From Eledone cirrhosa (Eukaryota), in the NCBI GenBank assembly GCA_964016885.1, contig OZ024743.1, positions 284,704,001-284,768,000 of the forward strand: DNA of 64,000 bases. The letters run 5' to 3'. A model generated the notes under the pieces. It saw only the letters and a list, made by a program, of their open reading frames with translations, was not told the origin of the DNA and searched no databases. Positions 27,816 through 40,900 of the stretch are shown piece after piece (position 1 is the stretch's first letter; every line of letters begins with the position of its first letter). The position numbers and the translations under genes were made by a program.

Positions 27816-28693
27816 ATTTAGGTAACTTGTAAAAAAAATATTAAATATTGATGTAAAATGATGTGGGGATTTTTTTTCTTCTTTTTTTTTTTCTTTTTTT
27901 TTCAGAGTTATCCATGATGATGTGTTTCACTGGTTATTGTCAGAATTGCAGCCAAGGGTTTAGTGGCACATATCCCATTCCATTGCTGCACTTAAAAACA
28001 CTTAGCTCTCAAATGGTTTAATCTACCTAACTGAAAATAGACATTTAGACATTGTGAATTTACTACTGTAGAAGCAAGTGTACTTTAGAATTGACTAGCA
28101 GAGATATTTGTTTATTGTCTCAAAGTAACAGGATACAGAAATGTGTGATTTAAAGTAGATTTGGCTGATATTTCTATTATTTTGTGATGCATGAACACAT
28201 ACATAAGTTGATAGTATAATGGAGATTTGGCTGCTATTTCTGTCAGCTATTTCTGTCAGCTGTAGCTGCATTGTAGAGGTCTCTCTCAATGATTCATACA
28301 TATATGGATATGTAAGTCAATAGGATGTGATTTGAGGGAGATTTCTTATCATTTCTATCAAGTTCAGGTATCATCTAGAGTTAATTGCATTGGTCCATAC
28401 ATACATTCAGAAATAGATATGATTTAAATATTTAACTGCTATTTCTAACACACGATTGTCTACATACGCACAAAATATTAGAATTAGGGTTGGTTTTGAG
28501 GGAAATTTGGCTCCTATTTATATCGCATCTATCTACCATGTAGAAATGTCCCTCCTTGGTCATAAAGGCTGTACAGTGATTTGACGGATATCTGACTGCT
28601 ATTTCTATCATATCTAGTTACAAAGTGCACTGGATGCATTTATTGTGTAAATCACTGACACTAGAAAAATAAAAAACTAATTTAAAAACATTG

Positions 28694-28873
28694 TGGTGGA
28701 TTGGCAGTATTGGTAGAGGGTCTGACGCCATGCTTTGCAGCAAAGAGTTACGACCCTTTATGGTCTGAGTTCAAATCCTGCCGAGGTTAACTTTACCTTT
28801 CATCCTTACAGGGTCAATAAAATAAAGTACCAGTAATACACTGGTATAATTATGCCAAAAGTAGAAACAATTA
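28694..28873 (+). mobile_element. SINE family B
   Basis: Homologous to the 18470 units. Confidence 0.8.
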
Positions 28874-28914
28874 TTCTATATTTCAAAATAAATGTTCCAT
28901 ACATCTTCCCTTTA

Positions 28915-29075
28915 TGAGGGTCGCCTGAAAAGTTCATGGAATGTGACCGAATAAGGTTTATTTTTCAACATAGTCCCCCTTGGGATCCACAGACTTCTTC
29001 CAACGGTGTTGCAGTACTTGGATCCCATTGGTAAAGAAGCTTTCTCCTGTTGGTTAAAAAGTCGTCAACAGCCAG
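28915..29075 (-). mobile_element. Mariner 3' end relic
   Basis: TA then TIR-like TGAGGGTCGCCTGAAAAGTTCATGG; minus strand reads FFTNGIQVLQHRWKKSVDPKGDYVEK*, a typical mariner transposase C-terminus. Confidence 0.8.
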
Positions 29076-31736
29076 TATATTTATCACATAAAAGTAAAAG
29101 TTATGAGGAGGGAGCGGTAGTAAGTATCCAGGTGTTTTAGGGGATCATTCAGCAAAAATGTTTGGAAAACAACTTCTCTAATATAATAAAAAGATTAGTT
29201 TTGGTGATATAATGATGTTCATATCAAAATGCATAATAGTTATTATTGTTTGCTCATATGAAATCAAGGGAGCGCAGTGTTAGAAGAAATGTCACAGTTA
29301 GGAAAAAGTCACAGAGAAAAATGTCTTACTTCACTTAAATACTCTAAATAATAATTAATGTAATTAAATAAATAATATTCTAAGTCACTTATTATACACA
29401 ACCACAGCACAATTTATGTAATGACATTTCATGTATGTGAATAAAACCAATATCTTAAATAAAACTGAAATAAAAAATATTAAATCAGTTGTTTATTGAA
29501 ATTTTCCTAAGATTCCTTTCTATATAATTTTGTTTTTATGTCTTTTTTCCTGCAACGTTTTTTTTCCTGGATTTGTATCTTTAGGTGGAAATATACAAAA
29601 TACAATCTATCAATAAAGTAATCAGCTTATACACATTTTATCTGAAATCTATTATTTATTTGGTATTGATTTTTTAAAAATCATTTCCTTAAAACCAGCA
29701 CACTGTATGAGATAGTTTTATTTTACATACATATAGTAATTTAACACATTCACCTCTAAAGACAAAAACTAAATCTATTTCTAGCTCGTAAGTTTTTGTG
29801 TAATCACTAGGTCTTTTTAATTTTGCTACCAAATTTTCCTTAATTCCCACTGTGTGTAAAATGGATACTATATATCTTAAGCTCCTAAAGCTTATGACAA
29901 CATACTACACAATGAAGATAGAGTAGCCATAGTTAACATACCTATTGGTTGTCCAAATCAATGTGCTAAATATTACATTTGATTTGCTGCTTTTGTACCA
30001 TATGTCTGCTCAAACAGTTCTGATTAGGAGTACAAAGCAATATTCTAATAAAAATCAGTTAAATACCAATTCAAGAAAGCGAATCCTCCTGTTTCTTAAA
30101 TTAAATTTTTCTATATGAAAAATGTAGACTATGCTTCAAAATATAAATAAGAATATTCCATGACCCTTTACCCTTTCACGGTAAAGGCTTTATCTCACAT
30201 AGATAGAAAGATGCTTTGAAGAAATAGCTGGGTCATGTGAATAAAGGAATATGTTAAAAGTGGTATTATGTCATAAAAACATCATGTGTAAGAATTTTCT
30301 TTTAATTTGTTTTTCATCCCTTATCTTTATTGCAGAGATACTGAAATTTATGGAATATTAGTTGATTCAATATTTTTCTCTGTTCCAAACTTACCTGTAA
30401 ACTGATAGACAATGCTAATATCTGGAGACAAGAGACAAGTATTCAAATAAATATTATACTGATTGACTCACTAAATCAGTAATGTCAGAATATCCAATAG
30501 TGTTGTAGCTGGCTGCTACAGATATTGCTAAATGTTTGGCATCCCCATACATAAATTGTGAGAGACAATTTTTGTAAAGCTATTTATATATAAAAGTGAA
30601 ACAGTAGAATCCAAGTAACCTAGTGATTGTCTGCATCACCAAATAGTATTCCAAATTGAAATTCCAAATTGAAATTCCAAAAAGTATTCCAAAATGGAAT
30701 AAATTATTTTGCAATTAAGAAAATTTTAATGTTTCAAGCATTGTAAAAGAGAGACAAAATGTTATTTGTTTGTCAATGGATAAGCGAGAAAAAGATGGAC
30801 ACAGCTATGTACAGAATGTGGGCCAAGGGGTGGAGACATGTGTGTTTAGTCATGGAAGACAGAGGACTGTAATGAAAGATAAGATTAGTAAGTTTATGGG
30901 CATTACATGGATAAGAGTGGTACATGATGAAACAGTTGTCACCAGCAAGAGGATGCCTTCAATTTGTAGTGGGCAGATGCCAAGAATTATGATGGTGATT
31001 GTTGTCTTCAAAAAAGGTTGGGGGAAAATCATTGGTCTAGATGGATTGCTGCTAATTTTATAGTTAGGTAGGCAATAGCAGAAAACAAATGATGAGATGC
31101 TTGCAGTAAGTCCTAAATCAACAATCCATGAAAAAAAATAAATCTGATTCTTTTATACTTAGCCTTTCACTTAACTGGTCTAGACTTTATCCATAAAATG
31201 TTTCCAGTTGAGTGAGTAAAAAAGGAAACCAGGATAAGAATGAATTATATGAATGAATAATTCAATAATTTTCAGACATTACAAAAGTAAGTCTTGGTTT
31301 ATAAATGAAATATGATCTGTTAATAGAATTATATGATTTAATATAATTAGAGATTTCTAACCTTGGCACAATGCCTTGAATTTGTGAGGAACAGTGCAGT
31401 TGATTGAATCAACCTCAATATATTACTAGAATTTGTTTTATTGGTTCAAGAGAAGCAAAGTCACATCTGGTGGGATTTATACTCAAAATTTAAAGAGACA
31501 TAACCAAATATGCAAGGCATTTTGTCTAGCATTACCTTAACTTAGTTATATATTTATTTTCACAAATAAATAATTTAGTATTAATTTACAGAAGGGCAGC
31601 AGATTAGCAGAATCATTAGAGTCTCAGATAAATTGCTTTATATTTCACCTGGTTCTTTACTTTATGAGTTAAAATCCTGCTGAATTCAATTTTACCTTTC
31701 ATCCTTCCAGTGTCAATAAAATAAAGTAACAGTTAA

Positions 31737-31953
31737 TCCTTTAGCATTTACATTATTCTATATATACTATTGTATTTCCACGGTAAAGGCTTTATCTTAC
31801 ATATCTCACATAATATTCAATCTATAAGATTTTGATATCATTTATTTTGAGAAAAATACCTTGACATCAGTATGAGTGGCATGTTATTACCAATTTGAAC
31901 TGAAAGAGGTGAGAGAATTCTGACCAGATACTGTCGGTTTAAATGCTAAAGGG
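31737..31953. mobile_element. piggyBac-type MITE inserted in an old family B SINE
   Basis: TTAA on both sides (31733-36, 31954-57); TIR TCCTTTAGCATTTA / TAAATGCTAAAGGG. Confidence 0.75.
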
Positions 31954-32334
31954 TTAATATAATTGGCTTTCCCCTGTCTCTCAAATTTCTGGTCTTATGC
32001 CTAAATTAGAAAACAATTTATGCAAGTAGAGGTACTTGTAGATTCACACTTGCCTACACACACAGGTTTGTAGCAGGACAGGAAGTAAGTATATTAGGGG
32101 CCCAAATCAGTTAAGTGTATAGCAAAATCTGTCACACCATATTTATCATTTCATTATCTTTCATGTTATTGACTTGGGCAAATTTTTATTGAACTTAAAC
32201 CTAAGTTAAGCTAATTATTGAATATTACAATCACTTGGGAAATATTTTCAATCTTATGTTGATAAATGAAGTTTCACTGTTGAAGAAATAATAAAAATAA
32301 ACGACTTAAAGAAATTTACCTTAATAAAAATAAT

Positions 32335-32765
32335 AATAATGGTTTCTGATTTAGGCACAAGGCCAGCTATTTGGGGGAGGGGAAAGTCGATTAAATTGAC
32401 CCCCAGTGCATTACTGGTGCTTTATTTTATCGAACCTGTAAGGATGAAAGGGTAAGCTAACCTCGGCGAGATTTAAATTCAGAACATAAAGGATTGTAAC
32501 TCTATGCTGCAAAGCAGGATGTCTGATGCTCTACCAATTCTGCCAATCCAGTGCCCTAATAATAATAATGGTTTCTAACAATTTTGGGGGATGTGAAAGT
32601 TGATTATATTGACTCGTGTGTTACTGGAACTTTATTTTATCAACCCGGAAGGATGAAAGGCAAAGCTAATTTTGACGGGATTTTAACACAGAATGTAAAA
32701 GGCTGTAACTCTATGCTGCAAAGCATATTGTCTGCCGTTCTACCAATACTGCCAATTCACCACCC
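32335..32765 (-). mobile_element. Two tandem older family B SINEs
   Basis: Copies at about 32335-32557 and 32570-32765. Confidence 0.75.
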
Positions 32766-33958
32766 AATTAATAATAAAAATAATAATAAGAAGAAGAAGA
32801 ATTTTCCATGCTTAGAAATTCTCTTATCATGGAAAGAACCTTCAGTCCATGTGTTTACTCTTTTAAATAATTCATTAGATTAATTCATTGAATAACATAG
32901 AAAGCTTGTTATCTTATCTGTATGTTAGTTAGTGCTCCAATATATTGTCAACATGTATATGTATTAGTCATTAGGATGACCTGTCCAACCTTTTCTAAGC
33001 AGGGAAAGTGATGTTAAAGCAACGATGACGATGATGACTATGACATCTAACCACATAAACCCTTTCACAGAACAATTGACTTAAAAATAATGATTTCTTT
33101 GGTTAAGCTCTGCATCTAACTTTTATAGGAGTGGGCTATAACTAATTAAATCAACCTAGTATATTATTCATACTTGTTTTATCATCCTAGGAAAGACCAA
33201 AAGCCTAATTCCAGCAGGCTCTAAAACTTGGAATCAGAAGGTCCAATACTGAACAATGTTTTCAAATTTCTAAACAATTTTATTTTCCTTTGCCAATACA
33301 TGTACAGCCATAAACATTTATTTCAGTAAGTATTATAAAGACTATGCTTTACTTATGAGCTCAAAATAAGTTTGAAACATATCTGGAGTTGTCTCTCACA
33401 CTTGATATAAAAAGGTAAACGATATTAACCATTGTCTAATACCATTTTGCTTCATTACACATCATTTTTTTGTAGTTAGCTATTTAATACTCCATGCATT
33501 AAATATGTTAACATTAATTTAGATTATATAATGTATTCAATCTCTATGACATAATACTCAATAAAATTGTTATGAAATTGTGTTGATGATAGTAGGGTTG
33601 AAATAGGTCACTGAAGATGTAAGAGGTAATATCCAAAGTTATCAAGTTTATATGTATTATATCTAGATAATTTACATATCAATATAGAAATGTCTATTGA
33701 TAGTTATATAATTCTTTTGAAACTATGTGAATCTGTGAGTGCAGGGAATAATTTCCTCACACACCAAGAAATACTATAAGGAAAATAAAATCAATCAAAA
33801 TTTCTCAACTGAATGTAATAAAAAGCCCATTTTGTCTGCTCCAAATTCTGATGTCTATATCCTTCCAGGTCACTGACTCCCATATCTGTATTATAGTATT
33901 CGCATTATGTTTGGGTCATTTAGTTATATGTAATTATTTTTTTCTCTTTCACTTTTAG

Positions 33959-33999
33959 GAACGGACATCTATTGAAGGAACACTGTTTGTGTATCGACG
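33959..33999 (+). CDS. DCP1: Internal 41-nt coding exon of mRNA decapping factor DCP1 (EVH1 domain), peptide ERTSIEGTLFVYR(R)
   Basis: Pyrimidine tract plus acceptor (tttttctctttcacttttag) and consensus donor (CG|gtaagt), phase 0 in and phase 2 out. Peptide matches the conserved DCP1A segment EKTDIEGTLFVYRR (recalled). Flanking exons not found in the window. Confidence 0.85.
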
Positions 34000-34445
34000 G
34001 TAAGTCATTTTTGCCCTCCTTTTTCATCCTTGATTTCAACTATTTATTGATCAAACTCTCTGCATATGGCACACAAAACATAGCCTATACAATAACCATC
34101 CAATAAAATAATACAACCTCCCAAAAATTACCGTACAACATAAAACCACACAACACAACACAACATAAGACATATTCTACACATGGCCATGAATCTGGAG
34201 CATGTGTGCAGTTGATTATATTGACCTCAGTATCTTGGCTGATACTTTAAATTGTTAACCCCAGAAAGATGAAAAGTAAAGTTAATCTCAGCAGGATTTA
34301 AACTCTGAAAGTATAGAGCCATAACTAAATAGTGAGGCATTTTGTCTGATGTCCCAGTGATTCTGCTAAACCACCATTCCAATAATAATACTAACAACAA
34401 TAATAATAATAATAATAGCAACAAGAACAATAATGATTCTAGTTG

Positions 34446-34935
34446 TCGTATATACTCGTATATAAGATGAGACAAAAAAATCGATGGTAAAATGAGAGGC
34501 GTGGCTTGTATTCAAGGTCAACATTTTGCCAATTTTCACCAACTTCAAAATTCTATATAAATGAGGTGCTAAAATATTTTTGCTTTGAAGGAGAATATTA
34601 CACTGGTTTCGCTTTCGATGAGAAATTCATATTTCCTATTGTTTTTGTTATGTTTTGAATGAATATGGCGTTCAAGACTGTCAGAAATTGGTAAAAAATA
34701 TCATTATGTAATGGAGTTGTGAATCAAAAGCTATACTCTAAAAGACACATATAACATTTTAAATATCAAAATATTAAGACTCCATAAACATAATCTCCAC
34801 TCATGAGAAATTCAAAACCACATCATCTAAACATAATGTGTTGATTACCTGTCTCAGCTTATTAAATAGGGTTCGGATTTTTGTCTTATTTCTCAGACAT
34901 AAAATAGGGGTCGACTTATATTCAAGTTTATACAG
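34446..34935. mobile_element. Tc2-like non-autonomous DNA element
   Basis: Degenerate TIRs near CCGTATATACTCG.ATATAAG at both ends; both halves are homologous to the ends of 12603-14164. Confidence 0.7.
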
Positions 34936-37900
34936 TGTATAATTGAATATATAGAATGATTACCACAGTAACTCGTTTGAACCTTTTCATTTTAAAATGA
35001 AAATAAACATTATAAATTATGTTAATAACCTGTTTCTGTGAATATTGCTAAAATTAGAATGGAAATTCTACTGATGCTACATAAAATCTTCATTTAATCC
35101 TACAATTATATGAAAAAACATTGAACTGAAGAAATTTGGTGATCAAATGGAAACAATACAGAGTTTGAGAGAACTCTTCAGTCAGCACAAGCATATGACA
35201 ACCTCTCTAGTTATAGAGCCACTATAAAATGTACCCAATCTGTACCCATCCTGTAAAGTGTTAGTGTAGGTGCTATGAAAAAATGCACCCAATACACTCT
35301 GTAAAGTGTTTGGCATTAGGAAGGGCTGCAGAAACTATGCCAAATATGGAGCACTTAAGCAAAATGAGTACGCCTCAAGACATCTGGTCTCGGACTGTGA
35401 TAACCCATCCAACCCATGCCAGCATGGAAAGTGGACATAAAATGATAATGTTGACTATTAAATGCAGTTTATTATCCTTCCCATATGAATAACAGTCTGA
35501 GTGCTTCTATAAGAAAATCAGTATTTTTATACATTTCTTAGAGCATAGAAATGTATAACATATTGGTACGTGTAAATTGAAGCTCTGTGTACATACTAAC
35601 TTTTTGTATAGAATCTACAGTCTCTTCATAATTGGTTACACTATCCTTGGCAACAATATCTTCTTTTTTTATTTATTTATTGTTTTTTTGTTGTTGTTTT
35701 TTTTAAATATATTTGATACAGAGAGACACACAATATATTTATACAGATATGACATTTTAACAAATTACTAAATCAGAAATTATTTTGTTTCTATAAATAT
35801 TAGAAAATATTATTCTACTGGATTTCATTCACAAAAGATTTTTAACATTTTGTACTAATATCCTAAACTTTTAATTAAGAATCAAACAAAATAAAATCCA
35901 CCAATAAGCCTTAAATGAACTCTTAGTTGACAATTAGATTTCAGTTTGTTCCTTTTCTGCCCTTAAATATCTTAGTTTATTATATGGTAAGAAGGCCTTT
36001 CATTTTATAATGATTATTACAGAATATAAAGTACCAACAGTTGGGTTCTATTTTACTTTCTGGTCATACAGACATATAACCTTTGAAAAATGCGAATTAC
36101 ATTGTAAGATAAAGTTATATTTGTCTTACTTATGTTTTTCATGCCTTCAAGGGTAAATTTATATATTTACATGTAAATTATTGCAGCAAATATTTTTACA
36201 GCTGAGTGTCTTTTCTCAAGTTACTTACTCAACTATGAAATGAAAATGTTATATATTTTAACAAACAAATAGAACAATATATGTTGCCTAAGAGCACATA
36301 AATGGATGTTGCAAGATTTAAAATCAGCATCACAATAATATCACAATCACAATAAAAAAAATTTCAACATTTTTCTTCAGAGAGAAAAATACAAGAAGCA
36401 CACAGAAAAGTTTTGCCAAGAGGTTTACTTGATTTAAAACTGTGTCTCTTCTACTGTCTAATCAATTTGAATTGTCTTTCATATTTAAAAAAAAAACTTG
36501 CTCTACTTAAGAACCAATTCCATTAATTCCCTTGGATTCTTGACAGGTTGTATTGTTTCTAACTAATAACACCAAAGTATTGTTCTCTAATTAGTCAGTT
36601 AGTTTTAGTATTGAGTAATCAGCTTAACAGCATAATTAGTTTTGCTGTCACAAGTTTTTCAATGAAGCAATGAGATAAAAGTCCAAGATATTAATAATGT
36701 GTAGCTATATTTAGTTTCCATTTAGCCAGAAGTAACTTACTACAAATTAAAATTATTTCTGTATCATACTAATAAACAATGCTTCAAACATCGGGTGTAT
36801 ATTTACAAGTAGCTTTCTAATTAAATTCTTAAAAAATGTTGTCTTAACATTTTCTTCTCTTTGAACCAGTGTATTACAGATACTTGTTTCCTCAACCACA
36901 GAGAACAAAGTAAAGTAGGAATTGAACTAAAAACTTGCTATATAACCAACTATATGGCCTAAAGTATTTAGTCTAACTCATTTGATTAGTTGGCTGTTGA
37001 TAGGATGGGCATGCCAAAATAGGGTTCAAAGGACTTTTCAGTTGTATCAAGGGTACAAGAATATATCTAGTTTGGTGCCATGATAAAATTGTTTGATGAT
37101 AGCAAGGGTATCCAGACATAGAAAACATACCAAACAAAGTTTTGAGAGAACTCTTCAGATATGTCAAAGACATAGCAACCTCTTTAATGCTAGTACCACA
37201 ATAAAATGAACCTATTACACTCTGTAGAGTGCAGTAACATATGTAAGGGAGGTGCAACCCCTAGCCCATCTGAAACTTTGGTAGCTCCAATTAAGTACTG
37301 ACTCAGTCTGTGACAACCCGTCCAACCTTTGCTAGCAGAGAAAACAAGTTTAATGATGATGATGGCATATGTTTGTACGTATGCAAACATACATACATAC
37401 AAATCCTATTTAAATCTGAGCCAAGAAGGGAGCATCTACATGTTGTTTGACTTGCTAGAAATAGCAGCCAAATTTTCCTTAACTTGCAATCTATGATAGC
37501 ATCATAAAAAGAAATGATGCATTCAACAATGTACTCTAGAAAAATATCCAACATGGTCATAGCTGGAATGATCACAAGTCTACACATTCAAGTTAAGCCA
37601 GAAGCTAAACAACAATAACAGCAAATAAACAACTATGTAAGGCAGTCACAAACATTATATACATATGAAAGAATTTTAAGGATTCTTTACTTTTAATCCT
37701 TCTCTCTTTTGTAGACACACACCCTTCCATTTACTTTCTTTTACTCCCACACAGCAACTAGAATGATGTGTGTATCAAGATTAAAAATATAACATTTAAG
37801 TGGTTAAAAATTAATTGAGTGTTTGCTACAGTGGTAAATTACATTATTGTACACATGATATGAAGATGAATGATTTGTATTAAGTGATAAAAAAAATTGC

Positions 37901-40900
37901 ACACTAACAATAGATGGTTTCTTAAACCAAGAATTGTTTGACATGGAAGTAGTTTTCTTGTTAAGAATAATTTTCAGATAATATAAAATTTACACAAAAA
38001 TCCTCCTGTAGTTTCATTAGCTGTTTTGATAACAATCTACCCAAACATGCATCTGGTTCTATGGAACAAAGCCACTCATTTCAAAGAGCTCCTATTTAAA
38101 TTAAAATCTTTCAGCATAATTTGATATAAGAATCTTTTAAGTTATACAATAAACACCTTCTTAATATTTATTAATTATGGTAAATTCTTCCAGATTCTTC
38201 ACTAATTAATTCAAATACATTGTATGTCATTAGAAATATGATCATGAAATGGTTATGTTAAAAAGCAGTCAATTATCACCTTACAATCATTATATAAGTT
38301 TAAAATGCAAGTGAAGAGATTTGTTATTGAAACAATATATATATATGTTATTATATAAAATTGTGTGCTAAGCAGCCGAAGTATACAATATAGTTATATC
38401 TGTATATATACAGAATAAAGATAACTAAGACTGTATAAATGTGTATATAAACTTACACATTTTTAGTATATAGTTATATAAACATTACAAATATATGTAC
38501 TTCCCTGTAAATTGAAAAAAACCCACCTTTATTGGAGTTAGTTGGGTCCTCAGATATAAACATTCTATTGAAAACATGGTACTACCTGGGGATTTTAAAT
38601 AGATTGTTTCCTTCGGCCACAAAAATATATATTTAACTGTAAACACGATAAAAAATATTTCCTTAACTTTTTTAATTAAAGAAATGTAGTTATTTTTAAA
38701 TATTTTCTTTCTATAATTTAGGCTAGGAAAAAAAGGTTTGCGGCCATTATAATTTCTGAGTTTAAGCCTCTCAAATGTTAACTTTGCCATTCATTATTCC
38801 TTCATAGAATAATTATCAAAATTATGTTGGGAACAATTCAATTGATTATACCCTTCCCTTGCAAAATTTGGCCTTTATCTGGAAAAAAAAAAAAAAAAAT
38901 GTTTTCTTTTTAAAAAAAAAATTGTTTATTGCTATCTTTTTATGAGAACATGGACTTCATATGTTTAAACATTTGTATATTTACCATGTTCATTGAGAGA
39001 ACAATAAATTTTCCATGCAAGCACAATCATCATTATATTCACTGTCTATTTTCCAGGCTTGCATGGGTTAGACAGAGTGTTACGTTCTGAGATTAGACAA
39101 GATCAGTTGTCCACATGTTGCTCATACAGCTGGATCCCCTACCTAACTGTAAACACTTTACAGCATATACTGGGTGCATTTTATCGTGGCTCCAGTACTA
39201 CTATATTACAGATTGGGATGGGTTGGTTTTATCAAAGCTCCAACACTAACACTGTTATACAACAGTTGTTGTAACATAGTTTGAACGTGTAATCATATCC
39301 TCATAAATATCATGTTATGTTTTTAGATTTGTTGTTGTTTTGTTATTGTTTATTTTAATTAAAGACAGTAATCAGCTAAAAGATGATAAATAATATACAA
39401 GTATGAAATTTCAGATTTTGAAGAAGAGTGAAATTGGGTATTTACATGAAATGGCTTAACTCTTCTGCACATTAATTACTTAATGCAACCCTTTGGAAAT
39501 CAAAGTGTTTATATTTATCAAATAACCTCCCACCATAATTTTATCTAAGGAATTTTGTTTAGTTAAGCTCCAAACACCACTTTAATGTCAGTTGTATTAC
39601 TAAAACCCTTCCAAATTATTGATTATTTTCAAAATTAATTGAAAACCATAGGCAGTGTCTTTCATTAGGAATATGGTAATGAAAGCATTAACTGCTCCTT
39701 TTCCTTTGGTGCTGCTACTGCTACTACTACTACTACTGCTGCTGTTGCTAAACCTGTTGGGTTTATTTTCTAATAACCACCCATCTAAAATAACAACTTG
39801 GCTTGCTGTAGCTCATCTTTAATGATCTTAAAGAAGTTGATATTTTCTGCATCAATTACTAACTGATATAAAGCAGACTGATGTGCAAATATATGTAGAA
39901 GATATCATTAACAATAATTAATTAATTAAAATGCCAGTCTCAACATAAATACTTAAGAGATTAATAAATCTCAGCTGTAGATATTGCTGAAGGAAGTGTG
40001 ACTTCATTTAAAGTTTACATGGAAAAATATTTAAACTGTTTCTTCTTTTTCTTCATCATTTTAATGTTCTGGCTTGCCCTAATTCTTACACAGGCTTCAT
40101 CTTCCCCCTCCTCCCCCTCGCTCCTCCTCCCTCTCTCCCCTCTCTCTCTGTAGGTATTTTTATACTCTGTTTCATATATATATTATAACAGTTTATAATG
40201 TTATAGGTTGTTGAGGTAAAAGAGCTTCCGGTATGTACTGTATGCTACCAGGTGTTGAATATACAGGCCAAAACTACTTAAGTGTGTGTGAGTGTGTGTG
40301 ACATGCTCTGCTATCAAAATGTCAGCCTTTCTCAGAAATATAAACAATTTTCTAAGATCTAACTTGTCATTTTATTCTTTGAACTTCTTTTTTATTTGTT
40401 TCTTTGTTTTGTTTATATATTTTCAAATATCTAACAAATTTGCAAATATTTCAGAATGCTTTTAAATATTACTCACTGAGTAGATATGTCATGATGTGTA
40501 CTAGTCTAGACAGCCATGTAAACCTCACAGGTTAGCTGAAGGAGAAACATTGAACTACAGCTAAATCCCTGGAGTTTGTGCAGCACTTTTATGTATAGAA
40601 ATATCTTCAAAGTTCTAAACTATTGATTTCTTTGCCTCACAACATCACATACTTCCAATTTTAATTAAACAGGATTTCAGTGCATTAACCTATTTAAAAA
40701 ATATAGTTTGGGTTTTGAGTAGTCACCCTTGCCTTTATTTGGTTGACTTAGGCATTGTTCAACAATGTTTACCTCTCCTTGACACAGGTATAGTCTTGAT
40801 TAATTAAAGTTATCATACTTGTCACATTAAGCAGACCAGTTAACTCTCCCCGTCCAATGGGGAGATCTCCCACCCACTTTGGGGTGGGTGAGAGATGTCT

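Noticed and set aside
27906-27957. Possible exon VIHDDVFHWLLSELQPR after a strong pyrimidine tract
   Set aside because: Weak donor and no similarity to DCP1 or any protein I recognise; RNA-seq would be needed.
28145-28612. CRISPR-like repeat-spacer appearance
   Set aside because: Eukaryotic context, highly degenerate repeats, no cas genes.
30336-30396. Possible exon DTEIYGILVDSIFFSVPNLP
   Set aside because: Plausible splice sites but no recognisable homology and no phase match to other candidates.
30770-31063. Possible old RTE remnant (MGITWIRV...MPSI)
   Set aside because: Only faint motif resemblance.
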